From Eutreptiella sp. 'Long Island Sound 2002' (lineage: Eukaryota; Protista; Euglenida): a DNA stretch of 64,000 bases. Below the pieces are notes generated by a model. That model was not told the DNA's origin and made no database searches. It saw only the letters and a program-made list of their open reading frames with translations. This document shows positions 37,401 through 49,180 of the stretch, one piece after another (the stretch's first letter is position 1; each line of letters starts with the position of its first letter). Where the stretch lies: positions 7,502,001 to 7,566,000 of the forward strand of contig OZ038378.1 of the NCBI GenBank assembly GCA_964036045.1, read 5' to 3'. Made by a program: the position numbers and the translations under genes.

Positions 37401-40400
37401 GGCAAGCGCATTGACCATTGCATGGGCTCCACATAACAATTAATTACTTGTCAGCGTACTCCTCCCTTACCAACGTGGTACACTCGGGACCAGCACAAAA
37501 AGGTTGCGTTTTTTGAAATCACAGAAATTGCTAGGAAAATTACAATGAAAATTGCGGCATGGATTAGCATTGTTCTGCAGTGAGAAGGGGACGGGGGCAT
37601 TGATTGGCACCCTCATTCTTTTTCAAGTACAATCCCTCGTCCCAGCAATGTTAAGGGATGCAGATAGATGGGATAGGGAAGCACGTTAGCAGCTGGGTAT
37701 TATTAAGGCAGCAAGAACTTACAGGAGGCCATGTAATGGGTGGCTCATGTAGGTACGGGAAGGTGAATGCTTAGCGAGGGCTGGTGATGCCGGTGTTAGC
37801 GCAGGTATGGTATGTGGGTCTTTGCTGCCCTACCGAGATGCCCCTGCCTACCACAACTTTTTCCAGCCTGCACTGCCCTCTCTTGCCATCGCTCCAACCC
37901 TTCCCACCCCTCTCTCTACTCAGCTGTACAACAAACCTCAATAATGCTCAACAAGCCTGAACAAGGAATGTCGGTGGCATTTGTAGACAGCACAAATTCG
38001 AGGGATCCAGCGTTCATAGAGTTTACATGGGTCATTGTTCGTTTTCACAATCATGTCTCCCGATCAGATTGCCCCCAGTTGACGGTAGGTAGAAAGACAC
38101 ACTCGACTCGGTGTGCAAAACGGTGCGAACAAAAGCACAACGAAAGGTCGGACACTGCCCCATCTTCACGTCGAATGCTTCGTGATGAAGGTTCTAGAGT
38201 TTGGGGGGTGCCCACCGTTCACCAACGGTACGTTTAGCTGAGCGGTGGAGTCTGCTCAGCGTTGAGCTTTTTGTCGGCAGCAGCATAATGGAAGCTGAAA
38301 AGACTCTTGTTTCAATGAGAACGACAGCCCTGGATGGTAAGAGTGGTAGACAGGGTTGTATAGAGTTCTTGATGGTCAAGGGTTGTTGAGTGTTGTTGAA
38401 AGTTTATTAGGGTGATTGAAATGGATTGCAATGGGTTGAATGCCAGCCCTCCTCCGGCCCCTCCACCCACCTCCCTGTTTTTAGGCTGGACGACCTCATT
38501 CGGCAAATGGGAAAGCGCTTGTTCGCAAAGTGGAAGTATGACATCGTGCACGGGGCAGTCATCCGCGAGGCCCCGTTTTTGGTGCAGTGGCTGGTGCGCA
38601 ATGAGTACGGCCAACGGGCCTACGCCGATGACAAAGCCGTTGTGGCGGACCAGGGGGTGGGTTTGGCATCTGGACAAGGGTGTGTGATGCGCAGTGCGAA
38701 TCTCAGGGCTGGGAATGGAGCTGTGCCCCCTGGAAAAAGAAACGCTGCACAAATTGCACTGTTCAGGGCTGTCAGACAACAGTGCTCCCCATCTTGCCGG
38801 AACTCGTCGTCATCCATCCTCTTTCTTCTGCTCTGGGTCACAACTCAAACTGGGATAGTGGAGGTGAATGGTGCAAACACTTGTGCATATATTATACCAT
38901 GAATCGCAAAACGTTTTTAAGTAGGTCAAATAAGGTCTCAACGAATTGCAAGAGTGTATGGGCCTCTGCAAGAGAAAACCCAATACTGTTACATATTAAA
39001 AGGCACTTTCTCGCCTATCCTGTCCTTGGCACACGGAACAATGTATGTTGTAAGTCCTGTAACTTTTTTGCAGTTTTTTTTGCGGTTCCGAGAACAAAAA
39101 AGTCGTGTTGGCGAGTACTGCAAAACAGCTCGCATTTACTGCAAAAAACATTACACGGATGTTCAACTTTTTTGTACTCGTATTTGTTGCAAAAAAATCG
39201 CACGGCTGTACAATATTTTTGGTACTTGTGTTTACCGCAAAAAAAAAATGAACGCGGCATACATTTTTTTTGTACTCGCCTTTACTGCAAAAAAAAAAGC
39301 TTGTACTTACAACAAAAAGAAAATGAGTGGCCCCTAGCCTCTTCTGATTTCGCCCCCGCTTTGGGGACTCCAAGACGGCAGGGGTTATGTAGCCCCTTTG
39401 ATTTCGTCCCCGCTTTGGGGACCCCTAAGACGGGGAGGGGTTATGTAGCCATTTTGCCCACATTTGGGCACCCAAAATAACAAGGGTAATGTAGCCATGT
39501 TGCCTAGATGTGGCCCCCCAAGGCAGAAATCAGCAGTGGCTACTTAAACCCTTGCGCAGGGACCCCCGAGACGGCAAAGGTTATGTAGCCACTTTACGCA
39601 CCCATGGCCCACCAAACAACAGGGATTAAGTACCCACTTCCGATTTCTTCCCCATGCTGGTTGCTGCGGTCTCCCGAGATGGCAAGGATTATGTAGCCAC
39701 TTCCAAATTTCCTTCCCTTGCTGGTGCTAGGGACCCCTAGACAACAAGTGTGATGTAGCCACTTTGCCCACACGTGGGCCCTAACAACAGGCGTTAAGTA
39801 GCCACTTCTGATGTCCTCCTGGCGCTGGGTGCTCGGGACCCCCGGGATAGCACGGGTTATGTGGGCACTTTGCCCACACGTGGCCCCCCGAGACTGCAAG
39901 GGTCAAGTAGCCACTTCCGTTTTTCTCCTTTTGCTCACCCGAGATGGCAAGGGTTCACACGTTGGCCCCCCAAGATAGCAGGGGTTAAGTAGCTACTTTG
40001 ATTTCATCCCTGCTTTGGGAACTCCCAAGAAAGGGGGGGGGGTTTATGTAGCCATTTTCCCCGCCTTTGCGCCCTCAATGTGGCAAGGGTTATGTAGCTG
40101 CTTTGCCTAGACATAGGTCCTCGAGACAACAGGGGTTAAGTAGCCGGTTCTGATTTCTTCCTTGCGCTGGGTGTCGGGGACCCCCAAGAGAGCAGGGGTT
40201 ATGTAGCCATTTTTGCCTACATGTGGGCCCCCCAAAATGGTACGGGTTAAGTAGCCACGTCTGATTCTTCCCTGCTCTCGGCACCGGGCACCCCCAAGAC
40301 GGCAGGGGTTATGTAGCCATTTCCCATTTCCTTCCGCTTTGGGGGGAAGGGGGAAAAATTGCCTTCACCCGGTGAGCAGCTGGACCTCTTTCGAGCTCCT

Positions 40401-43400
40401 TGTGTACCCCCTCCGCCAGCCGCCGGCAAAGTGTTGCTGCAAGGGAAGAAGGCAAAGGGAACGAAGGCCTTGCTAGGTGCGCTCTTTTTCGCACCTACTG
40501 CTCCTCGCAGGCGTACTCGGAGTACTATCCCTAGTGAAATGACCCCGTAGGTGGAGGGAGATTGGTTGATGGACAAGGATATTTTGTGGTGGTGAAACCA
40601 AGAGCTCTACCACATGGAAATTGATGAACGACGTGCATGGACTCTTGTTATACGTCATATTAAGGGATTGTCCAAGCGGATGCAAATTGTTGAATCTCGC
40701 TCCGTACTAAACAATATCGCTTGGTGCCGTCGCCACAATTTCGTGGTCACTAGCAATGACCAAGTGGGGTTGCATTGGTTTGTTTGTGGGATGGATTGTT
40801 GTGTATGTACCCTTGAGCTACATGGCTTCGATCCGCCCTTTCTTAGCGGAGCTCAAGCAGCATGGCTTTACGATTGAGCACCGGGCCTGGGTATTCCAAA
40901 AGGATGATTGGTCTTGTGGTTTTCAAAGTCTGCACATCACAAACTAGTTGGTTGATCACTGGGGTTCCTTTACGAATGTTTGCCCCACCCCAATGCCTCC
41001 GGGTTTCGTGAGCTATGTAGTGAGCATCGTTAATGTTGATCGTTGTGTGTAGATAGTTCAAGGGCTAGGTGACAATTTGGAAGGGGTAACACCTGACTTG
41101 GAAGGGGTTACTTTCCAAGACCTGAGAGAGTGTTCAGGCCACCTCCGCCCTGCTTGAAGGCAAGGATGCCTCCTTTGAGCAAAGCATGGAAGGCTCAAAG
41201 CCCAAGGGGCAACCCGCCATGGCCACTCCTACCACAGAGGAGGACACCCGTCAGCAGGTCCTCACCCGGAAAAAATGGGTCCAAAGGTAGCGGATAGCTG
41301 CCCCCAAAATGCACCCGGCTAGCTAGGGCGTGATCAACAGTTCATCAATGAGCAGACTATGCAGCCAAGGACTCAGGTGTATGAGGCTTGTGAGCAAAAC
41401 ACTAGTCCTGGTGCAAAGGGCATTGACCCTATCCTTTGATTGCAAGACTGATCTCATCTACAAAGGTGCAATTTGCAACAACTTGCAGCGGGTGGACGTT
41501 GTGGTGCGATGCCACTTGCCACCTCTGTGGCTTGTATCTCTCCCCGGACCAATGGCTAGCCCCCCCCTCTTCCCCGCTTGACCTAGTCCCTCGTGACTCT
41601 AGGCCCTCCGTGCTCCAAGATGGTGTGGGAGGGTTAGGCAGATAGACTGGCTAAGGGCAAATTCCCAGGTGTTGTGACTGATTTCGTGCAAGCTTTGCAG
41701 CTAGGTAATTTGAGTTAATTTTTTGACGGTCGACTTCTTGCACCTTCGGGTGCTTGCTTGTGACGATCCCATCAGAGGAGCATATTTACAAGGAAAGCAC
41801 ACAAGGGGGTTGAAAAATGATTTCGAATGAATGGTGTGTGCAATGAATCTATATCTCTTCCTTGCTCTCATGTCTCCAATTGGGTTGAAGGGTGAAAGGA
41901 GGAATACATGTTTTTTATTCTTTCTAATATTCCCTTCAATGTGCCCGTCTACCAACAATACTGTCATGGGTGCTTTTTACCAAAATCTTTTTACCATTTT
42001 TTCTTTTACCAAAATCAAATCATGGTACCAAAATCAAAATTTGGTAAAAAGATTGTGGTAAAAAGTTTTTGGTAAAAGGATTTTGGTAAAAAAATATGGT
42101 TGAAGGCCACAAGGCCCTTCATTCAGCACAAAATATAGTGATATTTTGAGAAGCCATGCCCGCGTTTGCGTGAATGTTTCCTTGGCCCAGTGCATGCCAT
42201 AACTCACTGTGTGTCCAATTCAGCACCTGGAGGCCCTGCTAGTGATGGATTTCTTTCATAGGTCTGATGCATGCAATAATTTACTGTCTACCCGATTCCA
42301 GTTTATATTCACCAGGCTGTAAAGGACACCTAATCAGCCCCCCGCCAAAAAAACTCTAAGCCCTATCCCTTGCTTCGCACTCCACCTGCTGCTCACTGCC
42401 AAACACCCGTCCCCCCCCCCCCCCTGCCGCTTTTCCCGTGGTTAGTACCCAGAATGTGCAATCCTGGTGCAGCCTTCCGCTTTCCTCTTGCTGTGTTACC
42501 GCCACAACTGCTGGTCCCGCCACTGAGCACAGTTACATCTCTGAGCCTAAGCTGCCTGCTATGCCCCAAACTCTTGTCCCTGTGATGCGGCACGGGACAG
42601 TGCGCACTGTAACATTGACCGTGTTCACACTGTGTATTCGGTATGTTCGTCGCACTTGCAGGCCAGCCGGGGAAGGGTGGATGCAGAAACAAGGGTCAAT
42701 GGCAACAGCAACAGTTGTGGCAGATGGGGTGGGTGGGGAGAGTGTTCAGGCAGGGCGCTGTACGTAAAGCAGAAATCCAGTCTTGTGCAGGGGGTTAGAG
42801 CACACCAGACGAGGGAGGCAGGTCAATCTTCCTGTTCCCGAGTTGACAGTCCACTCACCCAAACTGGAGCGCCATGCCTTCCACTGCATCCTGCCCCCTC
42901 CTTGTGGGGGAACCAGATGTCTGCTTGAACTGGGTACGGGTGGGCATCCAGCCCTCATTCTCGCGCACAGTTATATATTTGAAGTCACAAACAAAGCATT
43001 TGACTGCATCGGGTCGGTGCTGGGCATCTTCGAGCGGCTGACCAATCTCTCAGGTGCTGTCAGGGCGTGCAATCACTTGGGATTAGCCAGTCCATGAGTA
43101 CCAGTGCATGCCAGGGCGACGGTTAGGCGAAAGGCTTGGCCAAGGCCACCAACCGGGCTCTTTCCGAGGGTGCGTGTGCAATTCCGTTAACAATTTATTT
43201 AAGCGGACCTGTCCATCCGTACCGGCATTTGACGGCACCAGTTACTACATACAAGTTGTATTCCGAGGCATGCAAGGGTGCTGCGATGGGCTACAGGGAG
43301 CATGCAAGCCCGGTGTTGGTTCTCGATGCCTCCAATTGAGGTTGCCTGGCCATTGCAGCCCCCAGCGAGGGAAGGGGTCTGGAACCCCCCCCCCCCCCCC

Positions 43401-46400
43401 ACAGGTGTCAATTTGAGGGTGATTTCGAACCATTGCCAAGGAGCCACCTTCTGGCGCATCCACAGGCCTGCAACTTAGGCGACCAACAGAAGCAAGGGTA
43501 GTGTGGCTCCCTGGGCTCTGAACCATGGACGGCACAGGCAGAATGTCCCACGGGGCTTACAAGGACCGCACAGGAGCATAGGGAGACGTGCACATTACAC
43601 GGCGGTACTGAGCCTGGCAGCCGAGTTTGACTGTTTACTGCAGTTTTATTGTTTTCTTTTTCGCGTTGACCCCTGGACCTATGCTGTACGCTGATTGTGA
43701 GGCATTTGCGGCGAACGAGACACCTCCTCGGCATCACGCACCGCTGTGACGCGCGCACGTTGCCCACATCCTTCAGGAACATGATTCAGGCCAGGAAAAG
43801 GGTGTTGTGAGCAAAGAGTCTGGGGGCTCCATTTCTTCGAGCCCCGCCCTGCATTTCCGCACACCCCGCCACCCCCGCCTCTCCCAAGAGGGGTCAGGGA
43901 GTGGCCGGTCCCACACCCAAAAGTTTCTGAGACCCTTTCCCGGGGAGATGCCGTGTCCCGGGCAGAGCACAATGCTGCCGCGTCGCGACGCTATACTTCC
44001 AGATACCGAGAGCGGGGCTCTGGCCGTTGCCCCCTCCAGAAACTGCCCAATGTCCGTTCAAAAGGCACGAAGGAAAGCCCGTGCGCATTCCGATCGACCC
44101 CCGTCTTCGGACAAAGCCGCTCTTGGACACGGGAGGGGCGTGCAGTAGACAGAATGGCACGCGTCAGTGCCCACGTCGCCTTGACACACAGGAACCGCAG
44201 GTCTGTCTGCTTTCCTGGGCCAATTTTTACAAAAAGGGCTTTGAAAATGTGGAACACCACCGAAACATACGCACGTCGACTGCCTGGGAGGCTTGGATTG
44301 GCTGGGGCCCGGCTGAAACCTGAAGAGGCGAGTGGAAGGCAGACAAGGGCTAGAACTGCATCCGCACCACCGAACGTCTCCAATGTCCAGAAACGGTGGT
44401 TAATGGTGCGTGGGAATATGTATACTTTGAATTACCAGTCCGCGCATGGCACGCGTGCTGCGCTAGTCCCAACATAAGCTCCCTGGGGCTGGGGTTGTGT
44501 GGGGATGTTGTCACGTTCTTGCGGTTCCAATGGTCTTGGCTGCAGGTATTGTTGCCCGGATCGCTGAATTGGATGAGCATTTGCAGCACATTGAAGCACA
44601 GAGAAACACGCTCACTCGGCATGAGGCTGCAGCAGACCGCAGCATTGAGTTCCGTGGAGTGGACGTCATGACCCCGGTACACCCTCGAAAGGCGTTGATC
44701 AAGGTTGTTGGCGCTGTGCACGTGAAGCTCCGCCACAACTCCGAAATACCAGCCCTGCACCCTGCCCACCATTCTTTGTCCGGGGCCCGGCTAAGCTCCC
44801 AGTGACCTCACCAAGGGGGATATCCCCGATCAGGGGCCTGATCTGCGGGCGGTAGGGCCACATTTTGTTGGTCTGCATTGGTGCATTTTGCTTTGTGTTG
44901 GTGTTTGGTGGTATGTGTTTGGTATTGTTCGTGTCTGTTGGTCTCTGATGGTCTGTGTTGGTACACGTTGGGTTTGGGTGTTGGTTTAGGGGTCCCGAGA
45001 AGGGCTGTATCCCCCCCCCCCCCAAAGTTGAAAGTCCTCAGGACCGGAATTTCACCGGCCACTGTTACCACGCTCCCATCGATTCCTTGGAGTTACATCA
45101 AGCAAATTTCACACAAAATCTCGTTGTCCAAAGGTCAGTTATCAGCAGCCTTTGGAGAGCAAGGCTAGCGCACCAACCTGACACGTGGTGTGTTCTGGTC
45201 CCTCTGACCTGTCTGCCCTGAACATTCATCGAATCATGCACGATTTTTTATTTTCGTGCAACAGCTGTTTGTCATCCGAGTGGGAGTGATGTTGTACCCT
45301 ATTTTTAGCCACCGCAAGCCCTTTATAGGAGCAAATACCCACGAAAAAATAATCCAATTCAGTTCTGAAACATGTTTTTTTGTGTTTCCCGAACCCAAAA
45401 TGGGGGGGTTATCTACACCCCTCCCATAGCCCACCCGGTACCCCTACACCCTGGTAGATACACTGAGACGGATATTCCAATCTATTTACACATACAAATG
45501 TACATGACAACCCTATATGCCCAAAACAACACTGAAATGTTTCAACCGCAATCTACTCTGACGGATGCGGTTTTGTTTGCCCTGTAGTGTGATGTACATC
45601 AAATATCCAGCGTGCTTTTGGAACAGAGAGCACCCTGTCTGTAGCCTGCTCCAGGCTGTGTGTCATGGGTATCCAGGGTGACGGGTCTGGTCTCCAGGGC
45701 ACCATCTGCAGCCAAGCCCTGCAACAGGCTCCAGATGTATCTGTGAGGCAGAGCACAGAAGTTTAGCCAGGCCCAACGTCTCACGACCATTGTGTGGCTG
45801 GGGGCATGGCATATGCCAGAACCAGTCCTCCCCCTCCTCCTCGTCCGGCCCATCCCCTCCTACACTTGGTGGTCCAGAACCCCCCTTCCCGTGTGTTACA
45901 CTTCCCACACCATCAATTGTGTGGGGGAGTGGAGAGCACCCGCCGGTCCCCAGAACGACTGCTCGTGAAGCCTCTGCTAGCGCGTTCAATGGCACATCGT
46001 TTGCACTGCATTGTGCATGCGGGGGGATGGGACATGCGTTGCCGCTGTTTCACACTCACATCAATAGCATTTATCACGATCACGTGCCAGTGTCTCACGC
46101 AGCACCTGCCCTGCGCACAGGGCGGAGGGGTGGTTTGAGGCACTTACGTTCACGCACACTCTACTTGCCACGAGTCACACGCACTGGGCTGTGAACGAAA
46201 GACGACGTGTTTGTTGGTTCGTGGGTATGTAACTGCACTGGAAGCAACGAAGGTCCTGTGGCAGATGGGGCCGGAGGGTTTTGCGAGCCCTGACCACATT
46301 CAGTGTTTTTTTTTTCGGACCAGCGTCTGGCATGATCCAGTCCCCCCTCACCATCTGACCAACGACCACTGTGGTGCGCGTGTCTGTTCTGTGTTGTCGG

Positions 46401-49180
46401 GCCCCCAACACTGGGCCCGTCTCAGGCTCCAGCATCTGCCCGCGTTTGTCTGCTATTCAGGCCCTTGAGCTCACAGTCACCCCCGAGACACCGCTACTCA
46501 TCACGGGCCCCAACGGCTGCGGGAAAACGGCCCTGTTCCGTGTTCTGGCAGGGCTGTGGCCACTGACGAAGGGGACTCTGCGGTGCCCGTCCACAAGCCC
46601 CGACGGCCTTCCAACGTCGCAGGACATCTTCTTGGTCCCGCAAAAAGTGTACATGGTCAGTGGCTCCCTCATGGACCAGGTTTGCGACCTGACCAGGCCC
46701 CTGCTGTGCGCCTTGCACCACATCCAGGGGTCCCTGGTCATCCTCAGTGGCATGAGGGGCAGCCGGCGTGAACACCCCATGCAACTGCACACACATTTTC
46801 AAGTCAGGTAACGTCCGGCTGCCAGACAAACGGTCTGGTCGCAACCTCCAGAAGACTGCCCTTGCCGTCCACCAGCAGCGGTAAGTGCCGACCCGTAGCT
46901 GTGGCACATCATTGTTTGCATCTGCTGCTGCCCATGGTGCCCTCACTTACAGCCCCTCATTCCCGTTTGCAGGTGACATACCCCACACGCCTCCCCAATC
47001 CCGAGGCCAATGATTTGGAGCACCTGCAGGGGTTGATGGAGCTTGTGGGACTGGGATACTTGCCATCGCGTGAAGGCTGGGCTACGCATCACAAGTGGGA
47101 GGATATGCTGTCCCTGGGAGAGCAGCAGCGCATCGGTGTGCCCCACCGCCCCTTGCCTTGACCTGCCCCGCCCCGCCCCGCCCCGCCCCGCCCCGCCCTG
47201 TTCTGCACTTCTGCCCCGCCCTGCCCTGCATGTGCTCCACTGCCCTTCCCAGCCCTACCCTACAGAGCTGTGCCCTGCCCTGCCCCATCCAGCCCCGCCT
47301 TCCTCTGCCGCCCTGTGCTGCCCTGCCCAGCATCCCCCACCCCTCCCAGACCCGCCCCGCCCCCCGACCTGCCTTGCTCTGCCATGCCCCACTCTGCCTC
47401 GCTGTGCCCTCCCCTACTCGACCCTGCCGTGCCTGGCCCTGCCCTGCTCTAGATTTGGATCATTGCCATTCGAGGGCCGCCTCAGGGTTTGGAGTCGCTA
47501 CAACGCACACACATGAGGGGTCATTGCGGCCAGCATGGCCAGCATCGTGGTGCGGTGGCCATGGTGTGCCCCCCAACGGAACGCTTGCCCCACACCGCCA
47601 TTGTGTAGTGCGGTGACGCAGGAATCCCATCGAATGTGTCCGGTTTGGTACGACCCCGAGTGCCCTGGTACTGCCCCCCCTCTGCCCCGCCTTGCCCAAG
47701 CCCCTGCGCTTCCGTGCTTTGCTCTGCGCAGGGCAGGGCAGGGAATCTCCTGCGCAGCACTGCACGGATAAACTCGCCCCTGCTTTGGCTTTACCCCCCC
47801 CCCCCACCTTTGAAAGCACGCAGCTGAAATAAAAGCTCGCACGCCGGGGTTTATCAAACACACCAAAATACAAGCACGCAGCACCATCATCCCAGCCTGG
47901 CTGCCCTTGAAAGGAAAGCTTCGTGAGCAAACACATGCATTTTGTCCAACGGTTGTATTAGTTTTTCTTTCGAAAAGCAGCCATAGATCGCTGCTTATGT
48001 GCTTATGTGTGTTTTGGCTTTGGTGCAGCAAGAGGGCACACCACCTCAACAGGTGGCATAAACTGAAATGGCACCTGCAACTTGACATCTACAGGAGTCA
48101 AGTAGCCCAAGCCTGTCAGCATCTTCATGACATAGCAAAAGCATGGATGGTAAACGCAAAAGCCAGCAAGAAATAAAAGCACGCAACAAAATGAAAGCAC
48201 GCGCCGGCTTTGAAAAGGGGGGGGGGTTAACCTGTTTGGCCTGACGATCCGCGCCCATCACTGGCGGCGAATGGAGGAGGAAAGCTGCTTGCTGCACGTC
48301 TGCTCCTGCTGCCCACATCGCTCTGTAACCCTCACGATCTGTTCACAGGTCTGGCTCGCTTGTTCTTCCACCGACCAACTTTTGTGGTGCTGGACGAATG
48401 CACATCCGCCGTCAGGTGCGTCCCCCAGACCGTGCATGGGCCCTCCGATCCCACGAGCGCATCGCGCAGGGCCTGCACACACTACACACGGCGCCGCGGT
48501 GCGTTCCAGGGTGCCGGCCATGCACCACAGCGATAGCCGCCTACACCGCACGCTAATCTGCTGCACACCGCCCAAACAGGGAATTGTCGGCTGTTTCAAA
48601 CAAGTTTCGACACATCCACTCATGTGTAGTTCAGTTGAGTTCGGGCCCCAACACGTGCGGCGTCGGCGGTGTGTCTGTGGGGGGGGGGGGTCAAAGAATA
48701 TTCGACTTTTTTTGGCATTGTTGAACTGCCTATGATGCTGGGTAGTTCGACTGCCCCCCCCCCCCCATGTACCCAGGGGTTTGCCTGTCCTCCCACACAG
48801 GCTACGATGGGTTGGCACTGCACTCATGCTCTCGCCATCTGTCATTCATGGGGCTGCATTGCATTCATCTCGTGTCCCATTGTCATCCCCCGCACTGATG
48901 CGCACCCCCCACCCCCAGGAGCCTTTGTGCTGGGGGTTCCTGAACTGGCCCTTTCTGTTGCGTGCAGCCCTGTCAACGCCTTCTCTGTCCGCACAGTCTT
49001 GACGTCGAAGAACGCTTGTACGAGCGCCTCGTGCAGTTGGGCATGACATGCATCACCCTGAGCCAGCGCTTGGCCCTGCACCAGTTTCACACGCAGGAGC
49101 TGCGTCTCGGGGATGGGTCACCGAATGGATGGTCACTGGTCCCCGTGCCTGGGAAAGATCTGGGTGGCGCTGACAGCTGA
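24983..49180 (+). CDS. ABCD1: Full-size peroxisomal ABC transporter subfamily D (plant CTS/PXA1/ABCD1-like), ~1359 aa
   Basis: 17 frame-consistent GT-AG exons (4080 nt). EAA motifs NQEAVAALKG and HAEAMAFFGG. NBD1: GHNGAGKSS, LSLGETQR, ILDECTSA, SHRP. NBD2: GPNGCGKT, LSLGEQQR, VLDECTSA, SQRL. Confidence 0.93.
26276..26650 (+). CDS. ABCD1: ABCD exon 2
   Basis: VLHREYFSGINYY...DPDSRIVNDV...NQEAVAALK. Confidence 0.9.
27637..27913 (+). CDS. ABCD1: ABCD exon 3
   Basis: GQDFEGENLTRQY...FVLFVQSMIAAG. Confidence 0.87.
28530..28672 (+). CDS. ABCD1: ABCD exon 4
   Basis: SAKILMQAQRMSSGVGRIMGL...FVEADHIRFE. Confidence 0.85.
29222..29539 (+). CDS. ABCD1: ABCD exon 5 (NBD1 Walker A, Q-loop)
   Basis: GVTIRTPT...GHNGAGKSSIFRCLGGLW...FYIPQKPY. 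Confidence 0.93.
31729..32226 (+). CDS. ABCD1: ABCD exon 6 (NBD1 signature, Walker B and start of the insertion)
   Basis: WEQTLSLGETQR...ILDECTSAVS...SHRP; the GC3-rich frame continues to CLQK then GT. The 3' border is less certain. Confidence 0.85.
32901..32951 (+). CDS. ABCD1: ABCD exon 7 (51 nt, tentative)
   Basis: GCTGAC branch-like motif then cccag; WCRVPSNIRSSTKLQEE; phase 0 to 0. Confidence 0.5.
33394..33849 (+). CDS. ABCD1: ABCD exon 8 (linker and start of TMD2)
   Basis: ctcttttggctgcag acceptor, DLDSPDS...QQLLRLLRMG...SAFQTITEQ. Confidence 0.85.
34494..34735 (+). CDS. ABCD1: ABCD exon 9
   Basis: RHLTASLQQRYLCNGAFY...DPQRRLTEDL...LLKPLVE. Confidence 0.9.
35680..35895 (+). CDS. ABCD1: ABCD exon 10 (EAA2)
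   Basis: EGRLQWVHSRIRVHAEAMAFFGGGSKE. Confidence 0.92.
38485..38679 (+). CDS. ABCD1: ABCD exon 11
   Basis: LDDLIRQMGKRLFAKWKYDIVHG...DQGVGLASGQG, phase 2 to 2. Confidence 0.82.
38990..39330. repeat. AT-rich array of TTTTTGTACTCG / TTTACTGCAAAAAA motifs
   Basis: Motifs recur about every 55-60 bp between A/T tracts. Confidence 0.6.
39340..40330 (-). repeat. Diverged satellite homologous to the 85-bp unit at 1359-1877
   Basis: Roughly 17 cores of GGGGTTA(T/A)GTAGCCA(C/T)TT, the reverse complement of AA(A/G)TGGCTAC-T-ACCCC, spaced ~45-60 bp; one core inverted at ~39520-39555. A short remnant lies at ~52130-52270. Confidence 0.85.
40538..41581 (+). pseudogene. Decayed second copy of the Ulp1-like protease/HeH ORF, in ABCD intron 11
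   Basis: Stops and frameshifts, but alignable: GDWLMDKDI, AWCRRHNFVV..VGLHWFVC, FQKDDWSCGFQSLH, PPGFV..IVNVDR, DQQFINE, KTDLIYK. Confidence 0.85.
41974..42094. repeat. AT-rich foldback hairpin array (TTTTACCAAAA / TTTTGGTAAAA)
   Basis: Several TACCA copies followed by several inverted TGGTA copies. Confidence 0.8.
42971..43053 (+). CDS. ABCD1: ABCD exon 12
   Basis: YIFEVTNKAFDCIGSVLGIFERLTNLS. Confidence 0.85.
44546..44703 (+). CDS. ABCD1: ABCD exon 13
   Basis: GIVARIAELDEHL...IEFRGVDVMTP. Confidence 0.9.
46461..46679 (+). CDS. ABCD1: ABCD exon 14 (NBD2 Walker A)
   Basis: LLITGPNGCGKTALFRVLAGLWP...FLVPQKVY...SLMDQ. Confidence 0.93.
46973..47135 (+). CDS. ABCD1: ABCD exon 15
   Basis: VTYP...VGLGYLPSREG...WEDMLSLGEQQRI. 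Confidence 0.93.
47155..47450 (+). repeat. Degenerate (CCCTG/CCCCG)n pentamer repeat in ABCD intron 15
   Basis: Seen directly. Confidence 0.85.
48349..48415 (+). CDS. ABCD1: ABCD exon 16
   Basis: GLARLFFHRPTFVVLDECTSAVS. Confidence 0.93.
48997..49180 (+). CDS. ABCD1: ABCD exon 17 (terminal)
   Basis: LDVEERLY...ITLSQRLALHQFHTQELRLGDGSPNGWSL...stop. Confidence 0.93.

Noticed and set aside
41701-41967. pogo/DDE_1-like VLLVDGH motif on the minus strand
   Set aside because: Single short motif; downstream PPH/QPLD motifs absent.
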